Shown: positions 1-7,902 of the stretch, in pieces | How positions within the stretch are numbered: position 1 is the first letter of the stretch | How the letters are laid out: every line of letters begins with the position of its first letter | IMG/VR virus record: IMGVR_UViG_3300020442_000011 | Span: 32,001-96,000 of that record | Length of the DNA stretch: 64,000 bases | Strand: one strand, 5' to 3' | Source: a virus | Made by a program: the position numbers and the translations under genes | Notes under the pieces: generated by a model | Database searches by the model: none | What the model saw: only the letters and a program-made list of their open reading frames with translations | What the model was told of the DNA's origin: nothing

Positions 1-17
1 CTGATAAACGCAAAAAA

Positions 18-389
18 ATGTGCGTTGTAGTCGACTATTGCCATCTCAATGACGTGATGGATGAGTTGTTACGCCCAGTCATTGAAATCTTAAACGATGA
101 CGTCTTTTCTGGTAACACCGGTCCCGCAGAGTTTTTGATAAGATACGTCATGGGTAGACTATATAGGAAAACCACAGGTTTATGGCCTAACCATGCGGCG
201 GTTTTAAACGATTATCTTGAACGAACTTATTCTGCACGTAACGAACACAGTCGTCTCTATCGACTTGTTGTAGAACTGGAAGATCTCTTCTGGTTCGATA
301 TTGACCCTAGTCGTTTAACGGTTTATATTCATGAACCTAAAACGAAGAGTGTCACTTTATACTTTAACGTTAATGGAGTTTTATCATGA
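18..389 (+). CDS. hypothetical protein (may begin upstream of the window)
   Basis: 123-aa ORF whose stop overlaps the phuZ start (ATGA). Confidence 0.7.
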   Translation: MCVVVDYCHLNDVMDELLRPVIEILNDDVFSGNTGPAEFLIRYVMGRLYRKTTGLWPNHAAVLNDYLERTYSARNEHSRLYRLVVELEDLFWFDIDPSRLTVYIHEPKTKSVTLYFNVNGVLS

Positions 390-1327
390 AAAAAGTAAAA
401 GTCTATGCATGTGGTGGCCTTGGCATGAATATCGGTTCGTCGCTGACATCTGATCTTTACGATGTTGCGTATATCGATTCGTCCAAATCTAACGTCAACC
501 AGAGTGTTGACTCTGAGAAAGTAACCTACGTCAACGGTATTAAAGGTACCGGTGGATCGGGGGGCCATCGTGTTAACAATTACAAACCGATCTCTGAGAT
601 GATCCCCTCGTTTATTTCAGCGAACCAACCTGCTGACTTGAACATCGTGGTGTTCTCACTCTCAGGCGGTACTGGTTCTGTTGCCGGTCCATTAACCGTA
701 GGTGAGTTACTGCGTAATGGTCATCCGACTGCATGTGTGGTGTTGGGCGATCCGACTTCTCAGAAATTCCTAGATAACACGATCGCTACTCTGAAATCAC
801 TGGAAGGGATCAGTGCTGCCCGTGGTCTCCCGGTTGTCATGAACTATCATGAGAATGGCCCTCAATCATGGGGAGATGTTGACGACATGATGCGCTATGC
901 CATCAATGCTATCGCGGAGTTGGGTTCACAACAGAATTCACATATGGATCTGATGGACGTCTCCAACTTCTTCCAGTACACCAAAGTCACCGATGCCTTC
1001 GCGCAGCTGGCTTGCTTGGATATCTTCGACACACGCTCTGGTGCTAGCAAATCTATCGAACCGGTAGCGATTGCGTCTCTCTACACCAATCGTGATGAGT
1101 ATAAGAACTTCGGTGATGCCAAGTACAGTATCCATGGTTTCCCTGATAAACCGATCATGGGCGGTGATCAACTCCATTTCTTGATTAATCATTCTGGAGT
1201 TGCTCCAATTGTCACTGACCTTCAGAGTCATCGCGATGAGCTGGCTCGTAAGTACAGTGCTCAAAAGCAGCGTCAATCACTGGTGGATCGTGATGACAAT
1301 GTTGATGACAACGGCATGGTGATCTAA
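386..1327 (+). CDS. phuZ: PhuZ phage tubulin (phiKZ gp39-like)
   Basis: N-terminal VYACGGLGMNIG, tubulin signature SLSGGTGS, acidic PhuZ-type tail DRDDNVDDNGMVI; GGAG SD upstream. Confidence 0.95.
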   Translation: MKKVKVYACGGLGMNIGSSLTSDLYDVAYIDSSKSNVNQSVDSEKVTYVNGIKGTGGSGGHRVNNYKPISEMIPSFISANQPADLNIVVFSLSGGTGSVAGPLTVGELLRNGHPTACVVLGDPTSQKFLDNTIATLKSLEGISAARGLPVVMNYHENGPQSWGDVDDMMRYAINAIAELGSQQNSHMDLMDVSNFFQYTKVTDAFAQLACLDIFDTRSGASKSIEPVAIASLYTNRDEYKNFGDAKYSIHGFPDKPIMGGDQLHFLINHSGVAPIVTDLQSHRDELARKYSAQKQRQSLVDRDDNVDDNGMVI

Positions 1328-1337
1328 ACCTTACGAT

Positions 1338-1372
1338 AGTAGGGGATCGTATGAAAAGGTCTCCTACTTTAT
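1338..1372 (+). terminator. hairpin after phuZ
   Basis: AGTAGGGGATC-gtatgaaaa-GGTCTCCTACT (with G-U pairs) followed by TTAT. Confidence 0.5.
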
Positions 1373-1386
1373 CTCGAGGTTCACAT

Positions 1387-1896
1387 ATGTTACATCGTCT
1401 TCTAGCTGATCATTCTGATGAGTTCGTAACCGTTGCTTATGAGCAAGGTTCTTGGGTTCACCCACAGCTAAAATACATGGTTGTTACACCCAAGCGCATC
1501 GATTTTCATTTACAGGATGATCGCACAGTCACGTTAACTGTAACAGGTGATGGGGAGCTAACATTGGTGGTTCCACCCCCTGTCCAACAGCAATATCGAC
1601 AGCTTTATAATGTCAATGTGGTCGATGCAGACGTGTTTATCACGTTAAATAAAATCGTCCATGTTCAATTTCAAAAAGACGGTGTTCCGGTTACCGATGC
1701 CCAGTGGGTGTTATCGACAGACGATGACCCCCGTTTACGGAAAGCATTAACCAACCGCTTTTTGAAAGATGGTCGCCAATGGATGGACCCTATCGACATA
1801 AACACATTTTCTATCTGGAGGCAGTATGATACAACTACCACCTTCATTACAGAAGAAACTAGCGAAGAACCCACACCACCGGAAACGGCAAGCTGA
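1387..1896 (+). CDS. hypothetical protein
   Basis: ORF 1351..1896; ATG 1387 has a GAGG SD, whereas ATG 1351 lies in the hairpin loop. Confidence 0.65.
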   Translation: MLHRLLADHSDEFVTVAYEQGSWVHPQLKYMVVTPKRIDFHLQDDRTVTLTVTGDGELTLVVPPPVQQQYRQLYNVNVVDADVFITLNKIVHVQFQKDGVPVTDAQWVLSTDDDPRLRKALTNRFLKDGRQWMDPIDINTFSIWRQYDTTTTFITEETSEEPTPPETAS

Positions 1897-1971
1897 ACGA
1901 CATGCCGCACGTAAAAAAGGGAAAACCATTTCCCCTAAAATCGATCCGACTACCGGTAAGGAGTTTGGAAA

Positions 1972-2223
1972 ATGAAAGAAGATATTCGATATCCAGATGA
2001 AGAGAATAAAACACCACCAGCAAGTGATCTTCGTCGCGAACATGTTGTACAAAGTGTCGCCCAAGCATTTGGTAGTCACGATATTTTCGACGAACGTCCA
2101 CGGTCGAAGAGACGAGTGTCGGACTATGTTCAGCAACGTTTGATTAATCAGGCCGAAGAACGCCGTGAGAAGCGTCGCTTAAAGCGACTAAAGCAAGAAT
2201 TCCGCAACAGTAGAATGGGGTAA
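1972..2223 (+). CDS. small basic hypothetical protein
   Basis: AAGGAG SD; Arg/Lys-rich C-terminus. Confidence 0.65.
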   Translation: MKEDIRYPDEENKTPPASDLRREHVVQSVAQAFGSHDIFDERPRSKRRVSDYVQQRLINQAEERREKRRLKRLKQEFRNSRMG

Positions 2224-2264
2224 CTATTATCGCTAAGTCATCTAACTATGCGATCGACTTAGCG

Positions 2265-2726
2265 TTGGTTTCTGAAACACAGCGTGAATTATCACCGTTT
2301 ACTTTAAAATTGGATCATCTCGTTGAGATCAATCCGCAGTCAGGAGGATTCTATTTTGCGTTCATTGATAACGGACAAGTTGTTTATGATTATTTGTCTA
2401 TTACTAACAATATCAATGGTCGTCGTCTTAAGCCGGGCAGGTTCTTCTTATCCGCCACTATGGCCCAACGACTTCGAGATAAACATTATAAACGGTGGTA
2501 CTATGCTGACAGGGATTATGTCTACCCCCTGAAAAAGGAAACATACCAACGCTTTATTGATCGCTTCATGTGTATCGAAACGAACGATGATCTCTCTCAC
2601 CAACAAAAGGTCGCTATCGAAATACCTACCATGAATCTGCGTAAGAAACCTCTGCTAGAAAATCGACCTGATAAAATTGCTTGGTGTGATCGTCCTGCTA
2701 AAAAAGAATGTCCGGAAACGGCATAG
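2265..2726 (+). CDS. hypothetical protein
   Basis: 153-aa ORF with TTG start, ending at a terminator. Confidence 0.55.
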   Translation: MVSETQRELSPFTLKLDHLVEINPQSGGFYFAFIDNGQVVYDYLSITNNINGRRLKPGRFFLSATMAQRLRDKHYKRWYYADRDYVYPLKKETYQRFIDRFMCIETNDDLSHQQKVAIEIPTMNLRKKPLLENRPDKIAWCDRPAKKECPETA

Positions 2727-2759
2727 AGCATCGCCTATTAGGCGATGCTCTTATTTTTT
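2725..2759. terminator. terminator between convergent genes
   Basis: AGAGCATCGCC-tatta-GGCGATGCTCT followed by a T-tract. Confidence 0.8.
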
Positions 2760-2762
2760 GTC

Positions 2763-3569
2763 TTACGGGGCACCCACAATCGTTCTTGCCCAGCTACGGC
2801 GGCGTTCAGGATCATTCAGAATAGAGATCTTCTTGAAGCGGTTCAATTCATCGCGATACATCTCGTCAGCGTCTGCATAGCCCATGACGATGTCCAAGAA
2901 TGAACCTAGTGTTTGGCCGCCAGAAAGAAACCCTTCATCGATTTGGATACGAAGCTTATTATAAACATAAGCTTTTGTAGCCAGTACGCAAAGATTAGCA
3001 AAAGCGTGGTATGCTTGGTGTCGGATGTGACTCAATGCATCATCGTTACCCAGTCGAACATGAATATAAGAACTGACATTGGGCGCGTGTACATAACGGG
3101 CCATAATGGTGTTATGTGCAATGATGTTCAAATAAGAAGTCCGTACAGGTGTCGATTGCTGAGCTGAATCTAACACACGCTGCAAATTGCCCGACATGGC
3201 TGATTGAGCGTGGTGTGTGAACAATCCTGCGTTTTGATAGCCTAGAACACCAAAGTGGATACCGTATACCTGGACAATAGGTCGACCTTGAGTAAGTTCA
3301 TCAGGTATGGTGTAGATAACAGTGAATGGGTCTTTAGGGTCTACATTGACCCCGTTTTGAAGGGGGAAGTACGCATCGGTACCACCGGTAATATCAATAT
3401 CAGTAAACACCCGTGGTTCAAGGATAGCTTCTCGAATGCGGGTATCAAGCGACACTAGGTTTTGTGGTAGATTGGGTTCTCTACGGATGAAGGCTTCTTC
3501 AAGAATTTCTCTAGGGATTCTGAATCGAATCTCATCTGTGGCCTTTTGGATAGGACTCATACTCATCAT
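2763..3569 (-). CDS. conserved phiKZ-like protein, probably virion-associated (gp42-like position)
   Basis: 268 aa, AAGGAG SD; synteny between phuZ and the polymerase. Confidence 0.6.
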   Translation of the reverse strand: MMSMSPIQKATDEIRFRIPREILEEAFIRREPNLPQNLVSLDTRIREAILEPRVFTDIDITGGTDAYFPLQNGVNVDPKDPFTVIYTIPDELTQGRPIVQVYGIHFGVLGYQNAGLFTHHAQSAMSGNLQRVLDSAQQSTPVRTSYLNIIAHNTIMARYVHAPNVSSYIHVRLGNDDALSHIRHQAYHAFANLCVLATKAYVYNKLRIQIDEGFLSGGQTLGSFLDIVMGYADADEMYRDELNRFKKISILNDPERRRSWARTIVGAP

Positions 3570-3660
3570 AAACTCCTTATTAGCTTCTGTGAGCGTTTTT
3601 AAAGGTAGATACTATACTACCCACCCCTATCATATAGGGAGGGCCTTAGAAAGCTTCCTA

Positions 3661-3695
3661 CGGCTTTTTAAGTCTACATCATAAAGGTAGTAATA
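3661..3695 (+). promoter_or_regulatory. early-type promoter (TCTACATCAT)
   Basis: matches the six-copy YCTAYAT(C/T/A)AY motif with AT-rich upstream; precedes the small-gene operon. Confidence 0.55.
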
Positions 3696-3721
3696 CACGT
3701 AATCATAGGGCGTCAATTAAA

Positions 3722-4729
3722 ATGTCAAATAATCATGTTCTTTATGCATTAGATGTCAATGCAGTTATCCATTCCGTTAAGAAAGGGCTAAGTCGACTCA
3801 ACGAGCCTTTTCGAACGAAACAGATTGTCACATATAAAGAAGTCACATGTCCAACGGAAATTGATTGTGGTGTAAATGAATTCGGACGTCGTGTTGTTGG
3901 CGTTTCTTACAAGAAGGTATATGAGCCCGTTGAAGAGATCGTTGATCTCCAGCTAAATATCAACGTAACAGACGCACTTGCGTCACGTGTTTTTAGCCAT
4001 CTTCTTTATGAACAATATACACAGCTTTGTGCCTACCTAACAGTTGAAAACCAGGAAGTCACCATTGCTGAAGATATCTTCGATGGGGATGCAAACGCCA
4101 ATCACCTTCTCATTCTCGAATATCTTTTCCAAACAAAAGAAATGCAAAACGTTGAGGTGGAAATCAATCATCTACTAAGAATGATTGTGTCTGAGCCATG
4201 GCGTGAATGGAAACTCATTTATAATAGAGGTACGTTCCTAATTTATGGTACAAGAGATCATCGTATCTTAGAATGGGAACAGATGACGGGTAATACACCC
4301 GATGAAGAAAATGAATTCACAGTTAATGTAGGTCATATTCTTTCTTACCTAACCTCTCAGCTGGATAAGAAAAGTACTTTCCTACGACCAGTGGTCGATA
4401 CATTGTTTATGCGAGCATTGCGCTGTGAGATGCGGGATGTCATCGTAACAGTACCTAAATACCCAGTTGATCGCCCACCTTACGAAGAGTTCGCTTTATT
4501 CATGGGTCGTGTGTTACCTATCGCAACCGCGTTCATTGAAGGTACGGTAGAAAAAACATTACCGAAGCGTCCTGGATGCAATACCCTTTGCCGACTAGAA
4601 GGTGATCGTCTAGTTTTTAGCTATCAGACGGATAGTCAGAAATTCAACGAAGAACGTGAAGAACTTTTACGTTCTATGGAATACCAAGATTATGTACCAG
4701 CTAGACTACGAAAACAGTACGCCTTGTAG
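3722..4729 (+). CDS. hypothetical protein, possibly two tandem copies of one domain
   Basis: 335-aa ORF, first gene of an overlapping operon. Confidence 0.75.
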   Translation: MSNNHVLYALDVNAVIHSVKKGLSRLNEPFRTKQIVTYKEVTCPTEIDCGVNEFGRRVVGVSYKKVYEPVEEIVDLQLNINVTDALASRVFSHLLYEQYTQLCAYLTVENQEVTIAEDIFDGDANANHLLILEYLFQTKEMQNVEVEINHLLRMIVSEPWREWKLIYNRGTFLIYGTRDHRILEWEQMTGNTPDEENEFTVNVGHILSYLTSQLDKKSTFLRPVVDTLFMRALRCEMRDVIVTVPKYPVDRPPYEEFALFMGRVLPIATAFIEGTVEKTLPKRPGCNTLCRLEGDRLVFSYQTDSQKFNEEREELLRSMEYQDYVPARLRKQYAL

Positions 4730-5129
4730 GGTAGCCGTTATCATTGATCTGGTTGAGTTTTTACGAGACGCTCCAGGCTTTTTTGCCTGGAGCGATATAT
4801 TGTCATTACCTCGATCAGAAATAATGAAGGTGGTATGTCATATTGCTGATGTCATACCAATTGGCTTCCAGCCGAATAGCGTCGATTATTATCCCATTAT
4901 GGATAGCTTTCGACAATCGATTTATTACATCTTTGATGACAACCCTACAGTAATACCAAGACCTATATTCGTGGATGAAGAATACCAGAATAAGGTGAGT
5001 CGGTTTGAAGATGAAGTTATCGATTTGGCTTTTCAGTTGCGCAATCGTCTTCCTGCGTCTGTGGTCTTCATCCGTTTCGTTGCGTTCATTCCCGGTAACG
5101 CATTCATGATTGAGGTGGAATACCAATGA
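4692..5129 (+). CDS. hypothetical protein
   Basis: ORF 4656..5129; ATG 4692 gives a shorter overlap; coupled to the next gene by ATGA. Confidence 0.65.
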   Translation: MYQLDYENSTPCRVAVIIDLVEFLRDAPGFFAWSDILSLPRSEIMKVVCHIADVIPIGFQPNSVDYYPIMDSFRQSIYYIFDDNPTVIPRPIFVDEEYQNKVSRFEDEVIDLAFQLRNRLPASVVFIRFVAFIPGNAFMIEVEYQ

Positions 5130-5680
5130 CTTTCGTCACACACCCAGAAAAAATAAAACGATCTCAAGACACTAAAACCATAATGGTGGTAATCGAACCT
5201 GAAACATCCGCACTAACAAACCTTTTCTCAATATCTCAGAACCTCTATCAGAAAGGTAAGTACACACATGAAACTATTCGTTTAGCGTGGCATGTGTCGT
5301 TAGAAATCATATTGGATGAAGTGGTCCAACGTCTAATAGGTCATCCCATTTCGACTGATTCACCCGAAGAAATAATTAGACGCATTAGGTCGCTCGAGCA
5401 ATATTACATTGATCGAGGACACACCGCAGGTCAAACATGGACTATCGACCGACGTGGTGTCTTGATTGATGGCCCTAACGAAGATTTCATTGAACTGTGC
5501 TTAGCATTGATTTTCCATTTTTCAGGAAATAGCCAGGTACATCAAATTTTTACTGATATTGCTAAACATTATAGTGACGCACTACCATCCCTCTCAACCA
5601 CGTCTATCAACTTTCTAGAAAATGGTAGATACCTTGTTTATATAACGGTGAATATAAATGCAATTGGTGCCAATCCCTAA
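5126..5680 (+). CDS. hypothetical protein
   Basis: 184 aa, translationally coupled. Confidence 0.7.
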   Translation: MTFVTHPEKIKRSQDTKTIMVVIEPETSALTNLFSISQNLYQKGKYTHETIRLAWHVSLEIILDEVVQRLIGHPISTDSPEEIIRRIRSLEQYYIDRGHTAGQTWTIDRRGVLIDGPNEDFIELCLALIFHFSGNSQVHQIFTDIAKHYSDALPSLSTTSINFLENGRYLVYITVNINAIGANP

Positions 5681-6143
5681 CCGTCACATGACGGTTTTCT
5701 TTGACCGCCTTTATATCGAGAACACATTTCTTCGCCCTATCGTCATGTGGTTGGACGTTCGAGTTATAGACCCACTTACGCATGATTCGATGGACCGTAC
5801 ATCTTACATTACAAATAATGTCTATGAGGCATTAGCGTTGTTCTTATATGGTGCCAGCACTAATGTGCTTGATCGTTACTTTGAGGAGATTATTTCTAAT
5901 CACTTCCAGTTTAACTATACTGTTGATCGACACAACGTGAATCAGTTTTTAGCAGAAAAAGTCTACCCTAACTTTGAAAGTATTTTCCGCTTATTGTCAG
6001 GGGGTTGTCTGCAAGCAATCAGAGATGCGGCTAATATGGGATTAGAACCCGATAATTTCTTTTTCCATTTCCCTAGCCGTGCTGAAGGAGTACTCGTAAT
6101 AAACCTACAATCTTTTAGTGAGTCTGAATGTAATGAGACATAG
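5658..6143 (+). CDS. hypothetical protein
   Basis: 161 aa, overlapping operon member. Confidence 0.7.
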   Translation: MQLVPIPNRHMTVFFDRLYIENTFLRPIVMWLDVRVIDPLTHDSMDRTSYITNNVYEALALFLYGASTNVLDRYFEEIISNHFQFNYTVDRHNVNQFLAEKVYPNFESIFRLLSGGCLQAIRDAANMGLEPDNFFFHFPSRAEGVLVINLQSFSESECNET

Positions 6144-6621
6144 CGATGAAGTGACTGTAGATGCTCATATGGACGTTAGGCATTACTCTGTTATTATGCC
6201 AACTGACAATATAGTGATGGCTATGGTAGATGTATTTAACAGTACACTAATTAATTATGACGACGACAGCCAGATATGGGACGCCTTGGTCAATTACGTG
6301 TTTGTTAAATATTTCAAAGAGCCATGTGGTATCAATATGTCGGACATTAACGAAGTAGCAACCCAGTTAATGTCCCACTTCATTGGTGATATCTTCTACA
6401 TTGAACAATTTAAATTCGGCTTAATCGAGTTTGAACAGGAATTCTTTACATGTATCTCCCCACTCAAACGGGAATTGGCATCCAAAGACCTAGAGGTACT
6501 GAGAATGTACCCCATCAACGACATCGAGAATTACCAGACCATCACCATCATCGTGGACGCAATCAAACGGGATATGATGATCGCCCCATCCTTAACCGTC
6601 CAGGACGATCTTTTCGGTTAA
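6118..6621 (+). CDS. hypothetical protein
   Basis: 167 aa, overlapping operon member. Confidence 0.7.
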   Translation: MSLNVMRHSDEVTVDAHMDVRHYSVIMPTDNIVMAMVDVFNSTLINYDDDSQIWDALVNYVFVKYFKEPCGINMSDINEVATQLMSHFIGDIFYIEQFKFGLIEFEQEFFTCISPLKRELASKDLEVLRMYPINDIENYQTITIIVDAIKRDMMIAPSLTVQDDLFG

Positions 6622-6926
6622 CAGTTCTGGATGAGGAGTTCTTGACGACGAATGTTTCAGACCTCGTCGATTTTAACTTCCTATCCATACTTTCAGGTCT
6701 TTTACCCGATGCGTATCGTTTCCTACAGAGTGGTAATCGCGAGTGTGATTTGTTCGCTGCTGTAGAATGGTACGTAACGTTTGTTTTTCCAGACGATGAT
6801 AAAGACCATATTTTGATTCGTTCGATTGTCAATGCGATCGAATACCTCGAAAAACATTTCCCTAATATTGTACATGTGATGATTCCACCCACCGAATTAC
6901 TGCTGTACATCTATGAACTAGAGTGA
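6450..6926 (+). CDS. hypothetical protein (start uncertain; coding-like only from ~6620)
   Basis: fills the gap 6621-6926; N-terminal third overlaps the previous gene and looks like off-frame sequence. Confidence 0.5.
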   Translation: MYLPTQTGIGIQRPRGTENVPHQRHRELPDHHHHRGRNQTGYDDRPILNRPGRSFRLTVLDEEFLTTNVSDLVDFNFLSILSGLLPDAYRFLQSGNRECDLFAAVEWYVTFVFPDDDKDHILIRSIVNAIEYLEKHFPNIVHVMIPPTELLLYIYELE

Positions 6927-6945
6927 CCCTTATTGGAGTGTCTTT

Positions 6946-7302
6946 GTGTACACAGCCGTTATTATACCAATAAAGGGGGTTAAGTCCCTCATTGATCTTC
7001 TGGTCGTGAATTACTATTTGGACGGTGACACTGATGGATGTGTAGATGAAGACACCGTGGATTTCCGTTCCATTCACATGTTTTCATCCTTGTTGCTTAC
7101 GGATTTCTTTGAGGGTGAATATGATGATAATGATGGTGAAATGCATCCAGGTATCGAAATGATACTGGGAGATATCGCCGATCAGATTGTCGAGTGGTTT
7201 GAAGGACATCCCGTTAAACTATCCTCACTTAAGCACATCGTCACCTTGCCTGATGATACCGACCATATTGGTTTATTCCTAAAAGGAGTTTCTAAGTCAT
7301 GA
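6946..7302 (+). CDS. acidic hypothetical protein
   Basis: GTG start with GGAG SD; coupled to the next gene. Confidence 0.7.
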   Translation: MYTAVIIPIKGVKSLIDLLVVNYYLDGDTDGCVDEDTVDFRSIHMFSSLLLTDFFEGEYDDNDGEMHPGIEMILGDIADQIVEWFEGHPVKLSSLKHIVTLPDDTDHIGLFLKGVSKS

Positions 7303-7721
7303 GTTCTGAATTGACAATTTACGACATCCGCCCAAAACAAAAGTTTTCCTTTGAGGTCTATCCCACCGCGATCCTAGGTAACAATTTCCAGAATGTCCAA
7401 CTGTTGGCTATCAATGATGCCGAAACAGCTAGACGACTTGGATGGGATGTGGATTCTTTACACGCCACTATCTATCCAACACTCCCGTCAGGCGTTGTGG
7501 AGGATGATCCGGATAGTTACCCGTATGTTGAAATAAAAACAATTTCTGGTCAACGGCATATTGTCGGCGTTGAGTGGATAAAACCAGGCACTATCGAAAC
7601 CATCGTTTCGGGTCGAGTAACGATGATATTTGAAAACCGCAACCCTGCGGATATTGACCGAATTCTGGAGTCCTTATCGGCCATCGGACAATCCCCTTCA
7701 AATATTCGAAGAGAATCTTAA
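7299..7721 (+). CDS. conserved phiKZ-like protein (gp49-like)
   Basis: AAGGAG SD; FEVYPTAILG...HATIYPTLP...IVGVEWI pattern; lies just before the polymerase gene as in phiKZ. Confidence 0.65.
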   Translation: MSSELTIYDIRPKQKFSFEVYPTAILGNNFQNVQLLAINDAETARRLGWDVDSLHATIYPTLPSGVVEDDPDSYPYVEIKTISGQRHIVGVEWIKPGTIETIVSGRVTMIFENRNPADIDRILESLSAIGQSPSNIRRES

Positions 7722-7813
7722 AATACTTAGGTATAACAATTATATGTTAGTGCTAAGCTGCTAGCCGCTCCTTACCCTTCAGTATCCGATGGTGTGAGTG
7801 AAATGAGACATTA

Positions 7814-7844
7814 CCCCTCCCAAATGGGAGGGGCCTTTTATGTC
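7814..7844. terminator. hairpin terminator of the CATA/TATG family
   Basis: CCCCTCCC-aaat-GGGAGGGG followed by CCTTTTATGTC. Confidence 0.75.
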
Positions 7845-7902
7845 ATTACCTATTTTTTTTTTTACGTCTACCTGTTATCATGTAGAGGAAAAGGAGGGTA
7901 TC

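Noticed and set aside
7840-7902. Polymerase start at 7840
   Set aside because: This ATG is part of the terminator flank and poly-T tract; ATG 7903 has a strong SD and an upstream promoter motif.
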